Positions 29,759-41,000 of a stretch of 64,000 bases of DNA are shown here, one piece after another. The notes beneath the pieces were generated by a model, which saw nothing but the letters and a program-made list of their open reading frames with translations, was not told where the DNA came from and did no database searches. The translations under genes and the position numbers were made by a program. This stretch comes from a virus (taxonomy: Duplodnaviria; Caudoviricetes): positions 160,001 through 224,000 of IMG/VR virus record IMGVR_UViG_3300028591_000074; one strand, given 5' to 3'. Position 1 is the stretch's first letter, and the number at the start of each line of letters is the position of its first letter.

Positions 29759-31846
29759 TCACTTCTTCCAGTTATCAATTATATTTACAATTCGGTCACA
29801 ACCGGAATATACCTTTGTTTTACGAACACCCAGATTTTCATTTGCGGCTTCAATAAGTTCATTATTCCCAAGGTACATAGCAACATGGTGTGGATAGTGC
29901 ATTACGTCCCCCGGTTGTGCCTGTTCTAAAGTAACAACTTTTCCAAAGGATGTTGTAAGTGTAGTTCTTGCACCGGATAAATTCATACCAAAATGTTTAT
30001 ATACTGCGCAGATAAAGCCGGAACAATCGAAACCATCCCCAGGCTTTGTACCCATAGCACCCCAAACATAAGGTGAACCAATAAACTCTAAGGAATAAGT
30101 CACTAATTGTTCTCTTAAAGTTTTTCCCTTTGTATTCTGTGTAACTACGGATGCATTATTCATTGTCACAAGTTGATTTGTTGCAACAACACCGTCCTCC
30201 GGCTTTGTTCCATCTACATCAAATAAGGATGGATCTAATAAATTATCAAGTACAGATAAATCTTTTACATGGTCAACTAAATACAGATAAAATTCATCTT
30301 GCCATTTATCCCACGATATATTATTTAATGTATTTCTGGAACATATCAATCCCATCCTACCGCTAAATCCTAAATCGGATAATGAAGTATTGTACTGTGT
30401 TAACAATGAATCATTTAATTTCTTGCTATTTCCAAAACTTGATATATCCAACCATGCACCAAACTTAGGTGGATGCCTATATAATTGATATTGAAAATAA
30501 TCGATTTCTGTTTTGGCATCTGCTACAGTTTTTGCTCTGCATACCGTATACAATCCGTATTCTATTTTAGAAGACTCTAATTTTGATAATTGCTTTTCTA
30601 AGTCAGGATTATCGAACTTTTGCGTTCGCTTCCCCTTAGAATCAAATCTATATCCGGCTTCCACGATTGCACTAACAACACCGAGATTAACCAAATGCTT
30701 ATAATTAACTTCTGCACCCCTACCGAACATAGCAACATATGGATCAAAGTTTGTAGGATTCAGATTTAATGATTCTACAAGATTAATCCCACCAGATAGC
30801 CTTGATGCCTGTGCAATAATTGTTCCATACAATTCCTTATTTGTATTTGTATCATACTGTAGCCCATCCGTAGTAACATATGTGGATAGTATGGATGAAT
30901 AGGCATCTATGTATCCAACACCTGTCATAAGATTTTTCTGTATAGACTTATTGAAGGATACAATATCTTTATTTGTTACATTCTTATATCCACCATCACC
31001 AACAGGTGTTATAGAGGTGAAGTAAATTGCACACCCAACGGATATACATACGGCAACAAGTTCGTTTATCTTATTTGCATATTCCTTAGGTTTTATCGTA
31101 GTTGTATCAAGCCAACTACCCATAATACATACTGCGGAATTATTGTCAATAGAATTGGCAAATGGTAATGTAGATGATAACCAAGTGCATGTTGCACCTT
31201 TATGTGTGAACCATAGATTCAAATCTGTGCCAACTACATTATGTAATTTTGTTGTTCGCTCATCACCAACAAATATAATCTTCCTCATATTATTTCTATC
31301 CACACCAAGTTGTGTGTTAACTACGGTAACAATATCGGAAAGATTATTTTCTACCCAAGTTCCTGGATCTTTCTTCTTTGAATTAAACCATTTATGTATT
31401 AGAATATTCTGTTTTGCTACAGATCCACCAGAACCGGACTTTACACCATAGTCCTTATCATCAAGCCACTTTAGTTCTTTTATATTATTCCGAATACAAA
31501 TATCCACTAATAAATCTTGAAGTGCCTTTACAGATGCGTTACTAAGTGGATAGGGTGATTGATCCGTAGATGCAGAAATCTGTATTGCAATAGACCGATT
31601 ATCACCACCAGTACTTGATAGAGACATAGCAGCATTGGATTCATCTACAAATACTGCAATATTTCCCTTTACATCAATACCATAATGGCATGATGATTTA
31701 TTCTTTGGATCTTTATAGATTTTACCCATACTATCCAATGATAATACAGAACATGGACAATGAATGGATATAGCATCTATATCACGTTTTCTTTCTGTAT
31801 AGTTTGGTGAGATAATTGCTTTCTTTGCTAAACTACTATATGCCAT
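29759..31846 (-). CDS. multidomain hydrolase: amidase_2 + SGNH-like + GH25-like + NlpC/P60
   Basis: SCHYGI, NRSIAI, IHKWF, DPG; VGDE...TDGLQY; PYVWG, DCSGF, HHVAMY. Confidence 0.75.
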   Translation of the reverse strand: MAYSSLAKKAIISPNYTERKRDIDAISIHCPCSVLSLDSMGKIYKDPKNKSSCHYGIDVKGNIAVFVDESNAAMSLSSTGGDNRSIAIQISASTDQSPYPLSNASVKALQDLLVDICIRNNIKELKWLDDKDYGVKSGSGGSVAKQNILIHKWFNSKKKDPGTWVENNLSDIVTVVNTQLGVDRNNMRKIIFVGDERTTKLHNVVGTDLNLWFTHKGATCTWLSSTLPFANSIDNNSAVCIMGSWLDTTTIKPKEYANKINELVAVCISVGCAIYFTSITPVGDGGYKNVTNKDIVSFNKSIQKNLMTGVGYIDAYSSILSTYVTTDGLQYDTNTNKELYGTIIAQASRLSGGINLVESLNLNPTNFDPYVAMFGRGAEVNYKHLVNLGVVSAIVEAGYRFDSKGKRTQKFDNPDLEKQLSKLESSKIEYGLYTVCRAKTVADAKTEIDYFQYQLYRHPPKFGAWLDISSFGNSKKLNDSLLTQYNTSLSDLGFSGRMGLICSRNTLNNISWDKWQDEFYLYLVDHVKDLSVLDNLLDPSLFDVDGTKPEDGVVATNQLVTMNNASVVTQNTKGKTLREQLVTYSLEFIGSPYVWGAMGTKPGDGFDCSGFICAVYKHFGMNLSGARTTLTTSFGKVVTLEQAQPGDVMHYPHHVAMYLGNNELIEAANENLGVRKTKVYSGCDRIVNIIDNWKK

Positions 31847-31848
31847 AA

Positions 31849-32367
31849 CTATTCACCTGAATTGTCGGTCATTTCTGATAATGTAGACTCATCCACCGGA
31901 GCATCCCAATCAGATATGTAATCTTCTTTATACGCATATTCATACTTTGTCTGCAAGCCACCGTAAATTAAAAGATTTGCATCTGCCTTATACCAAGTTT
32001 CCTGCCCCAACCGGACTGGCCAATTCGATACATCCTTTAAATACACTTCCACATGAACATACTTATCAACACTGCCTATGAAGAATTCTTTATCAAGCAT
32101 ATCATTCATATTCACTGTGACAGATTTCAATTGCTTATAGCATACGCAAAAAGACGAACCAGTTTGTACAACAACAGTTCGCCCTGAATTCTCAGAACCA
32201 ATATAAACAACTCTGCCCTTATATGCGGTAAACACATTTGTTGCAGATATATCAAGTCCTGTATGAAATTTGCCTAACTTCTTATAATCTTCACTATTCT
32301 TATCCATTACGCATGGCTTAAGAATTTCGGAATCTTGCATTGTTATCGCACAGTTTGTGATAATCAT
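31849..32367 (-). CDS. degenerate M23-like protein
   Basis: HTGLDI and VHVEV retained; central His not seen. Confidence 0.55.
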   Translation of the reverse strand: MIITNCAITMQDSEILKPCVMDKNSEDYKKLGKFHTGLDISATNVFTAYKGRVVYIGSENSGRTVVVQTGSSFCVCYKQLKSVTVNMNDMLDKEFFIGSVDKYVHVEVYLKDVSNWPVRLGQETWYKADANLLIYGGLQTKYEYAYKEDYISDWDAPVDESTLSEMTDNSGE

Positions 32368-32381
32368 GAAAGTTACCTCAC

Positions 32382-33842
32382 TTAACTAAATTCGGATTGC
32401 ATATGTTCGTAGGTTGGGAAAAGTGTTCCAAAATCTACTTTGTATTTTGATTTTATATTACTCGTAGGTACATAAGAATTTGATGGTGCTCCTTGTGAAC
32501 TACCGGAAACAAAAATACCTTGTGCAGAAGCAACTTGATTTGCAGAGCTTGTTACAAGTCTTTGTAACTTTAATGTGGTTACAAAAGTTTCTCCGATAGA
32601 ATGTCCTACGGAAATTATGTTATATATTCCAGATACAGGTGACAGTGTATTTCCTGACATTACAAGTAATGAAACTGGCTGTGCAACATTATATTTCTTA
32701 ACACTACCTGGAATAGTTACTTGAAAATCACCGGAAAACTGAGTTGCAATTGCATTTAAATCATTGATGATATTCACCGTTTGGAATACATCAGACATAG
32801 ACTGACTCCAACTGTTTACAACTTCAGCATCTTGAATAATTGTATTACCACTACCATCTACTGCAAAACCGACAGATGTAAAATTCATATCAGTCATGTT
32901 ATATGCAACACCATTATAAGAACCAGACAGTGTTAGGATATTTGTTTCGGATGTTCCATACTGTAATGTATCACGAAGTTGTGATACTGTAAGTCCTGCA
33001 TTACTCTTATAATGAATTGTACCTTGGGAAGTCATTGTTGGTTCATCAATCCAATAGGAGAATGAAGAACATTGTGGTGTAAGATCAGTTAAACTCTTCT
33101 TCAAAAACTTTGTTATTGGTGACACAGTTACATTATTTATGACTTGACTTAACTTCTTTATCCCATTAACAAGTCCGGCGCAATCCCTTGAACCACTGTA
33201 AGATTTGGATAATTTAAGAAGTCCTGGGAATGTATCATAATCATCTTGCCCATTATATGTACCTCGAACATATTGATTGAAACTTGTAGTGAGCGCACCG
33301 TGAGTAATCAATGTTGGTGCATCATTATGGTCTATATCCAAATTGTAATAAGTATCTGCCTTTACAGCCTTTGCTAAACCTTCAACTACTGCGGAAGGTT
33401 GAACAATTCCAGATAATTCAGGAATACGAAGAACAGGTAAACTACTTTGTGTTGCCTGAGATGCATATCCAGAAATATCATAAGTCATATACAGACCGGA
33501 TGTTGATACTTTAAACTGCAAAGTAAACCCTTGATAAGATAAATATTCAGAAATATTCCCCTGTTCGTCTAACCAACCAAATGCAAAAGCTACAGGGATT
33601 CCAGATGAATTTGGGTATGCACTTGCAGCTTGTGCAGCTGAATATAATAGTGCTTCAAACGCTGCAACATTGGATTTCTTAGATGAATCACCACCAACAA
33701 CAACTTTAAGATTCCATGAAGTAAAACTTGCTATTTCACTATTGGAAAGTTCAAGTCTTGAAAATGGTGATGGTATCTCAAGGCCAAAATCTGTTAAAGA
33801 TACATTTGCCAGTGCGAATGACACCCATGCCTGTTTCTTCAT
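32382..33842 (-). CDS. baseplate hub-like protein
   Basis: position in the baseplate operon; C-terminal SGIYNIISVGHSI..FVTTLKLQR motif. Confidence 0.6.
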   Translation of the reverse strand: MKKQAWVSFALANVSLTDFGLEIPSPFSRLELSNSEIASFTSWNLKVVVGGDSSKKSNVAAFEALLYSAAQAASAYPNSSGIPVAFAFGWLDEQGNISEYLSYQGFTLQFKVSTSGLYMTYDISGYASQATQSSLPVLRIPELSGIVQPSAVVEGLAKAVKADTYYNLDIDHNDAPTLITHGALTTSFNQYVRGTYNGQDDYDTFPGLLKLSKSYSGSRDCAGLVNGIKKLSQVINNVTVSPITKFLKKSLTDLTPQCSSFSYWIDEPTMTSQGTIHYKSNAGLTVSQLRDTLQYGTSETNILTLSGSYNGVAYNMTDMNFTSVGFAVDGSGNTIIQDAEVVNSWSQSMSDVFQTVNIINDLNAIATQFSGDFQVTIPGSVKKYNVAQPVSLLVMSGNTLSPVSGIYNIISVGHSIGETFVTTLKLQRLVTSSANQVASAQGIFVSGSSQGAPSNSYVPTSNIKSKYKVDFGTLFPTYEHMQSEFS

Positions 33843-33852
33843 AAATAAACCT

Positions 33853-34428
33853 CTAAACTGTAGTTATAGGAACATTCATACATTTAATCAATTCATCTAC
33901 AAGTTCCTGTGTTTTATCTGAAAATCTAAATTCATCCTTATGTTCTGTGTACCATGAAAGTGCAGTTGATTCAGGATTCTTATAAGAAAATGAGTGCCAA
34001 TCACAAAGCATTTCGCAGATATAATCTAATGGCATATCCATAGGAACAATATCACCGGAATCTCTTACAAGTACCCAATATTGCCAATGATGGGGATTCA
34101 CATGCTGATGATGTAACCAAGCAAGATCAAAAGCAAGTTCATCATTATGGAAATCATCACCGTGTGGATAAAAATGGTTACAATATGGAATGAACTCCAC
34201 ATCTTCTAACTTAGAAAGATCGTGTTCATTCACATGTGATTCTGCAAGATCGATAATATATTGTTCATATCCATTCTCAACCATGTATGGCTTCAATACA
34301 TTATACCAAGACGACTTTACACCACCAATATGATCGTTGAGATACTGATAATATTCATCTTTCCGTGGATTCATACATGTATCAACGGGTGTAAAATTTT
34401 TGAATTTTTTATGCTTTGTTATAATCAT
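33853..34428 (-). CDS. DUF5662 / HD-like hydrolase
   Basis: HDLSK, HHQHVNPHHWQYW and MP..YICEMLCDW motifs. Confidence 0.7.
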   Translation of the reverse strand: MIITKHKKFKNFTPVDTCMNPRKDEYYQYLNDHIGGVKSSWYNVLKPYMVENGYEQYIIDLAESHVNEHDLSKLEDVEFIPYCNHFYPHGDDFHNDELAFDLAWLHHQHVNPHHWQYWVLVRDSGDIVPMDMPLDYICEMLCDWHSFSYKNPESTALSWYTEHKDEFRFSDKTQELVDELIKCMNVPITTV

Positions 34429-34431
34429 ATG

Positions 34432-34857
34432 TTACTCCGTTCCAAGGTTCAAAGTCAGTGGGCTTACACTTGCTAAACACTCACCCTTGTCAAATAGCTG
34501 AGTGATATTCTTAGGTATAATAAGTTTTTGTCCCGGTCTTGCGGTGAATCCATCTTGAATACCATTCACATAGGCAATTATCCAAGCATATTGTGCTGAA
34601 CCAAGTAGTTTGTATGCAATCAAATCTAATCGGTTAGATTCACTTTGAGGTACTTCATAGTAGTTTACTTCAATATGAGTTTCAAATGGATTCGGTGTTT
34701 CTAAAGCAATAAAACGATTCTCAGGATTTTGTGGATTGTTTATTACTTGTCGAAGCCTACGGTATCTGCATATATGATTGAAATCTCTGCATACACCATA
34801 TTGAATACCTTCATGTTCTATAATTTGATATGGTTCTAATGTATTGTAAAACTTCAT
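34432..34857 (-). CDS. LysM-like baseplate wedge protein (gp53/gpX-like)
   Basis: RLDLIAYKLLGSAQYAWIIAYVN...GQKLIIP. Confidence 0.75.
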   Translation of the reverse strand: MKFYNTLEPYQIIEHEGIQYGVCRDFNHICRYRRLRQVINNPQNPENRFIALETPNPFETHIEVNYYEVPQSESNRLDLIAYKLLGSAQYAWIIAYVNGIQDGFTARPGQKLIIPKNITQLFDKGECLASVSPLTLNLGTE

Positions 34858-34907
34858 CTAAATCTTAGCAGGATACCCAAACTTCTATAAGTCTGGGAGA
34901 AATGCGG

Positions 34908-36155
34908 TTAAGCAGTACCCTGTATTCTCCTTTCCGTTAAATAACTATTAGGCGTATACAGATATTTTAATTTCTTACAACTGATACTGCCTTTGTTTAC
35001 CTTATCCCCATGTAGATTTCTTATATCAAAAAATCCACTGGCTCTTCTTCCAAAAACAAAATACTCTTTACCATCAAAACCTACCCTATCGAATAACCGG
35101 AATCCCTTTACCATATATTCAGCCTGATTACGATTGCGTATGCCACCTTTATTGATCGTACACTTATGTATCTGTCTGTTATGACAACGTACTTTCTTTT
35201 GGAAAAATACTACACCTTCTGATATAGCAGCAGGATTTCCACTGATACATCTTGCATCTACATAATGTTCCTTAGGCAACGAATTCTCAATTCGCGTATT
35301 TTTTGTTATATAACCATATGTGAGACTCACATTAGAATATAATTCTTTTAATCGGTTATAGAAAGCCCACCGCATGATCCCCATGAATGTAGCATCTTTA
35401 AATACCATACCTCTTCTTATGGTCTTGGGAAGCTTGACCGCTCCGCTATGATAGCCTTTATGACATGTCTCGCATAGGGTAATAAGGTTGTTCGGGGCAT
35501 TTCCACCTGTCTTACGGCTCTCTATATGATGTACATTTAGTATCTTGTCTTTTGACTTACCTTTGCAACACTGACATGTATGACCGTCACGGAATAGTAC
35601 ATATTCCCTTACGTTCCAGAAGTTGAGCTGTTCACCTCGCTGATATCCTTCTCCAGAGATATCAGGATTCTTGATTTTCTGAATATCAAAAGAAGCTACC
35701 TCAACAACGATCTTAGATATCGGAAGTATCTTATATGCGTCCTTTACCGCCCGCAGATGTGTATCAACCTTATTCTGAACAGAAGGTGCAAGCCAGCCGT
35801 CAGGTCTTCGTCTGTTATCAAAACGTGCTTTGCGATACCTGGTTTTACGGTTTCTACGGCTTCTTCGCTGTTCTCTTCGTGTGGAAAGCAGTTTTACTAT
35901 ATCGTTTCGCAACTCTACATCAGCCTCATAAAGAACTTTAGTTTCTGTAGTTGCTGAAATGCCGATATGTTTACTTCCAGCATCAACACCGAGAAAAACA
36001 TTTTGTGTATGAATCGAACTCTTGTACATTAGTTGAATCGTAAACGGGCATCTCTTAATGACTCTTGCCTTATTAGTATTAAGCAATCTCCGAACTTTGC
36101 CGTATCTTTCCGTAGGCATAAGTGGATGTCCTGCTATATCTAGTACGTATACCAT
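34908..36155 (-). CDS. iscB: RNA-guided endonuclease IscB
   Basis: PLMP N-terminus, RuvC-I LGVDAG, Arg-rich bridge helix, RuvC-II VVEVASFD, HNH (CQCC, HHI, NLITLCETCH), RuvC-III HYVDA. Confidence 0.95.
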   Translation of the reverse strand: MVYVLDIAGHPLMPTERYGKVRRLLNTNKARVIKRCPFTIQLMYKSSIHTQNVFLGVDAGSKHIGISATTETKVLYEADVELRNDIVKLLSTRREQRRSRRNRKTRYRKARFDNRRRPDGWLAPSVQNKVDTHLRAVKDAYKILPISKIVVEVASFDIQKIKNPDISGEGYQRGEQLNFWNVREYVLFRDGHTCQCCKGKSKDKILNVHHIESRKTGGNAPNNLITLCETCHKGYHSGAVKLPKTIRRGMVFKDATFMGIMRWAFYNRLKELYSNVSLTYGYITKNTRIENSLPKEHYVDARCISGNPAAISEGVVFFQKKVRCHNRQIHKCTINKGGIRNRNQAEYMVKGFRLFDRVGFDGKEYFVFGRRASGFFDIRNLHGDKVNKGSISCKKLKYLYTPNSYLTERRIQGTA

Positions 36156-36164
36156 TTTGATACG

Positions 36165-36452
36165 GCCCCTTTCGTAAGATTTGATATGTTTTTCGCTATA
36201 AGCCGGTACATATAGACCGTAATGCAGCCTTCGCCAATGTTATTGTGAGGTTTGTACGTAAGCAACACTGTTCCTACCCATCAGAACTGTTTAATCACTT
36301 ACCTTAGAGCTACAGATTAGGCTGTACGTCCGTAGGTAACTATATATTCTCACATAACGTAGTTCTCAAAGAACTTAGGCTAGTCAATAAAGGCTTTTCA
36401 AGTCCCAACTTCTAAAATAGCGAAGCTATTTTAGAAGTGGTGGGTTATTGAC
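36165..36452 (-). ncRNA. omegaRNA (HEARO-like) scaffold of IscB
   Basis: GTCAATAA...TTATTGAC pairing, TAGCCTAAG, ACTACGTT and ACATTGGCGAAGG blocks directly upstream of iscB. Confidence 0.8.
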
Positions 36453-36456
36453 ACTA

Positions 36457-37467
36457 TCACCTACCAATCAATGGTAAATTCTTAACTACACTATAGTTCA
36501 GCGGTTCATTCGATACTTCTGTAATCTGTAAATCTAACTTGCATTCAAGCCACCAACCATCAAGTCCTATTGGACCGCTCCATGTTGTATTTACATCTGT
36601 TAATATTCCACGAATAGAAACTTTACCGTGAATGAATAATGTTACGATTGCAGTATCTACCGCAGAACCCCTATATTCTGGATAACAATTTGCTTCACAG
36701 AATCGAATTAAATCATTTGCCTTCCCATCTCTATGGTCGCCTGTCCACATATCTCTATGGAAATGGAAGGAATATGTTTGTGTTCTTGGTCCAGATTTCG
36801 TATAGATTTGCCAAGGCTCATATTGATAAAGCATGTCAGGCATCGTTGTATATTCTGCTTTTCTACTATCAGAAAGTTCTTCAGGATATACTGGAAAATC
36901 TCTTGTATTTCCGTAAATGGATGTTTGTAGTGTTACTTCACCCCATGGGATATGGAATATCTGCATTGGGTTTGGATTTAGTATTGCATTTAACATATCT
37001 AAGTCTGAACTAGATCTGTTTGCATATGCAACTTCATTAAAAATAGATGGGTCAACCTCATTTGTGTTATATAATGAATTTGAAACCTGTTTGAATATTC
37101 CCTGTGAAACCGGAACACCATCACCAAGTACATCTTCAGAACTCGGTAAATAAATTGTGTCTGGTACTTTAATTGTCCCAGGAAGTACATTCCGTGCAGA
37201 AGTAAGTTTCCAACCATCAACATCCATAAGTGCAGCTTTTTGGAATATATCTGTATCTGATGTCATAGAACTAAGAATAGATATCTTCCTAGATGCAGAA
37301 ACTGGTTCAGATTCAGCAACAATCGCATTGCAGGATTCTATGTATGCTTCACCAACATTTGGAACTCTCTGCATATTATTTACATGCAAAAACGAATTTA
37401 AATCAGAACCAAGTCGATCTGACAATTCAGTTAATGTTGTAGATTTATCTATTTCCAAAAATTGCAT
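36457..37467 (-). CDS. tail/baseplate protein (tail-tube-initiator-like)
   Basis: FPVYPEELSDS...YTKSGPRT motif; position in the tail operon. Confidence 0.55.
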   Translation of the reverse strand: MQFLEIDKSTTLTELSDRLGSDLNSFLHVNNMQRVPNVGEAYIESCNAIVAESEPVSASRKISILSSMTSDTDIFQKAALMDVDGWKLTSARNVLPGTIKVPDTIYLPSSEDVLGDGVPVSQGIFKQVSNSLYNTNEVDPSIFNEVAYANRSSSDLDMLNAILNPNPMQIFHIPWGEVTLQTSIYGNTRDFPVYPEELSDSRKAEYTTMPDMLYQYEPWQIYTKSGPRTQTYSFHFHRDMWTGDHRDGKANDLIRFCEANCYPEYRGSAVDTAIVTLFIHGKVSIRGILTDVNTTWSGPIGLDGWWLECKLDLQITEVSNEPLNYSVVKNLPLIGR

Positions 37468-37489
37468 CTAAATCACCATCCAGCACATA

Positions 37490-38044
37490 TCACGAATTTA
37501 AGGCTTTGAGCCTAAGTGATTTTATAACATGTGGCTCACCAAACATTGTTGGTGGCCTGTGTTTTCTCTGTTCCAATGTAAGTTTAGTCAGCCATCCTAC
37601 ACTCTCGTTATAGCAAGCAATCGAACTCTTTGCATCAAATTCATCATATAAGTTATCTGTCCCAAGTAAAACAAACAAATCGTGCTTATCTTTCTGTTCA
37701 GAAGTATCACTTATTACGAAACCAAGCATATAACTATATACCCAATTCGGAAGTTTATAATCTGTTTCTGTGCTAATCTTTAAATTGTGGATATGATATG
37801 CAATTTCCAAAATCAAAGTTTTATAAGCATCAGACAATGAATCATCAAGTAATGGGAAGTTATAGGTAAAGTAGTTTATCTTTGTATGTATAAAATCATA
37901 GTAACCAGATTCTGGGTTGTCCGGATCATACTTGTATGGGAAAAACCCATCACACATCTCCGCATCTGAAATTAGATGCGGAGGATAATCTGGAAGATAA
38001 CCTAATCTTGAAAGTCTAATTTTCACTAAATCATGTATAAACAT
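37490..38044 (-). CDS. hypothetical protein
   Basis: 184-aa ORF in the late operon. Confidence 0.6.
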   Translation of the reverse strand: MFIHDLVKIRLSRLGYLPDYPPHLISDAEMCDGFFPYKYDPDNPESGYYDFIHTKINYFTYNFPLLDDSLSDAYKTLILEIAYHIHNLKISTETDYKLPNWVYSYMLGFVISDTSEQKDKHDLFVLLGTDNLYDEFDAKSSIACYNESVGWLTKLTLEQRKHRPPTMFGEPHVIKSLRLKALNS

Positions 38045-38057
38045 TCGTTTAGTTCCT

Positions 38058-41000
38058 TTACTCTATTGATCCACCATAGAAGATGTGTGGTGTATTTAAG
38101 TCCCAACAATCTACACCCTCACCAACTACAACACCGCTAATCTGTGATACATAGTAAGCATTTGTGCAGAAAGCGATTGAGCCACCTACTTCACTGATAG
38201 GTGAATTGTATTTCTGTGTAAGTGCAGAGAAATCAGTTTCCTTTACAATATACTTATTATCAGAAGTGCTATAATAGCAAGATACAAATGATCCAGATAC
38301 TTTCAATTGATGAACCATCTTATTTGCCGGATACTGAAGTCCTGCGCTCTGCGGTAATGTGAATGATGCTCTAAACAGTGCATGATCTGTAATATCTACA
38401 TTCATTGTAGAAGAATCACCTACAATCATACCGAAGTTTATGATTGTACCATCACTTGCAAATGTGATAGACCGAAGTGCATAGGAATAATGGTTGTCAT
38501 TCGGATTATATTCATCCCAAGGATCAATTGCATCATCTCTGGAAACATCCCCAAGTAAAGTTACAGTCATACCATCTACCTGCAAGTTAGGTGAACTGGA
38601 GTCTGACAAATCTTGTTGATACCAAAGAGATAAGTTCTGTACCCCATCCAATGGTGTATAACTAAGTACGTTTGCGTTATAGTACAGATTTACATTCTTC
38701 AGCATAATGGTTGGACTACCTTGAATGGAATCATCAATTCTAAGCATATCACAGTTCTCAAATAAAATTGTAGCCTCACTTGTAGCAGAGCCATGTAGAT
38801 GTACATACAGTGAACTATTTGCTCTGGAGCCTACATCATGGATATGAAGTACGTATGGATCTGTTGTACTTGGAAGTTCAATTGTAATTTCAATTACATG
38901 TGGATCTTTTGTGGTGTAAGTTCCAGTAGTCGGATCAGTAAAGTTATTTCTCTGCGTTGCATTTGGATAACATATTCTGTCATTTACAGATTCATCCAAA
39001 GCATCTTGAATACCATTTGCATCCAGACCAGAACCAATCTCATCAATGTCCTGCCCAAGTTGTTGGGCTTCAATACCCATAAGCAGAAGATTGAAGTCTA
39101 TGATTCGAAGATGACCATCTTCATCTAATGCTACATATCCTTCACCGTAGGCATCATCCGGTGCATCTAAGAAACCACCAACGGATTCTTGTGTTGCAAG
39201 ATGAATTCCACCTGTTAAAACAATCGGCGGTTTTATATATTCTAACTGTAATTCAGTAGATGTTGGTGTATAGAAAACTGCTATGTATTCTTGCGTATTT
39301 GTTGTTGTATCTATTGGTGATTTATAAATTTCAACGAAATAATCATGATTTACTAGACCACAATAATTTGTATATGTAAATAAATCTGGGTCTGCATCCT
39401 CTAAAGAACTAATGTCTATGCTACCCAATTCTGCACCACCTGCAAGACTTTGTGGAACTGTGTGCCTTGCAATGTTAAGTTCTTGTTTATAAACATCTTT
39501 ATTTGATGTATGAAGTGTTATTTCTACAGTCCCAACAAGTCCTACAGTCAGAATTTTACCATAATTTACTACATACATTGTGGATGGCTGTGTTCCATCA
39601 GGTTCCGCCATAGTTCCATCTTGACCAACCAATACATAGTCACCAGGACTCCAAATGGATGTTGTAAGTACACGTTGTTCATCCATCAGTCGTTCTACTT
39701 CAAGTCGAATATAGGTTTCAATACTTGAAGTAATATTATTTAATTTATTTACACAAGAATTTAATGTAGACTTACAGGATGATAATGTACTAATTAAGTT
39801 AGTAATATCGTTTATATATGTTGTTATGTCTGTGCAATATGTTTTAATAGTACCAGTTTCGGTATCAATGTCACCACATATGTCACGAATATGTCCAACA
39901 TTCGCAATTACATGGTCACGAAGACTCTCTGTATACTTTCTTGCAGACGCACTTGGACCTAATATATCTGATTCTGCTTTCTCTAAAATACCGATAATTC
40001 CATCAGTAGATGAATATGATCCTGTACCAAGAATAGCATCCCGTACTGCGGTTATACCACTTTTTGCATTAGCAATATCCGGTGTAGGTTCTTCCAATCT
40101 AGCAATTGCAGTAGTTAAAGATGTTGCACATCCAGGCAAATCAGGAACACCTGTAGTTTCTGTAGCAACTGAATTTATCCTATTATAGGCTGACTGAAGT
40201 TTTGCATCTAATTTATAATAATCAGAAGATGTAGCAGTTGTAGAAAGTACAGATTCAATATTTGCCAAATACTGATCAATATCCGGTGCAGATGTGGAAT
40301 TTTGCAAATCTGCACGAATATTATCAATTGCAGTGTTAATATCTGTTAATTTCCCAGCAATATTATTCTTCAAAGTAAGAAGTTTTCTGTTTAATGCAGA
40401 GTTACCGCTAGAAGCATATAATTGATTTTCAACACCAACAATATCAGATGTAATATCCGCTATAATTTGTGAAGCATCATACTGATCTACAGAACCATCC
40501 CCAACTGGAATTGGTGGTAATTCATCTGTACTACTAATTGCTGGAATATACTGACGCATCTTACCATTTGGAATACGGTAATAGTGGTCAGTCATATATT
40601 CAATATGCTTAATACGGTTGGTATATTCCGGTGTAACTACGCCACCTGAATTATCATTAAATGTAGCAGATGGAAGTGAATATACTTTATCTGGAAAGTA
40701 CAGATTATTTCCATACTGATCTATTGCACCATCAATCTGCTTATGAGGTACAACTAAAGTTGTCTTATGGGTATCACCGTTATATTCAAAATGTGCTACA
40801 TTAGAATGTGGTTCATTTGGCTTAAGTCTAGGATCTGAATCCCAAATCATTAAACTGTCATCTGCAAGACACCAAGTATCTTTGTTGTCATCCGTTGTTC
40901 CTTTTCCAGCAAATACATATAAATGGTGTGGATCAAGTCCGGTCTTACTCAGATACTGGTCGGACAGTGATGAACTAATATCACCAATTCTGGATGCATC

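Larger units (their letters stand above)
34858..36452 (-). mobile_element. IS200/IS605-family IscB element (no transposase)
   Basis: begins GTCAATAACCC with a subterminal hairpin (36409-36437); ends after a second hairpin just before ATGAA. Confidence 0.75.
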
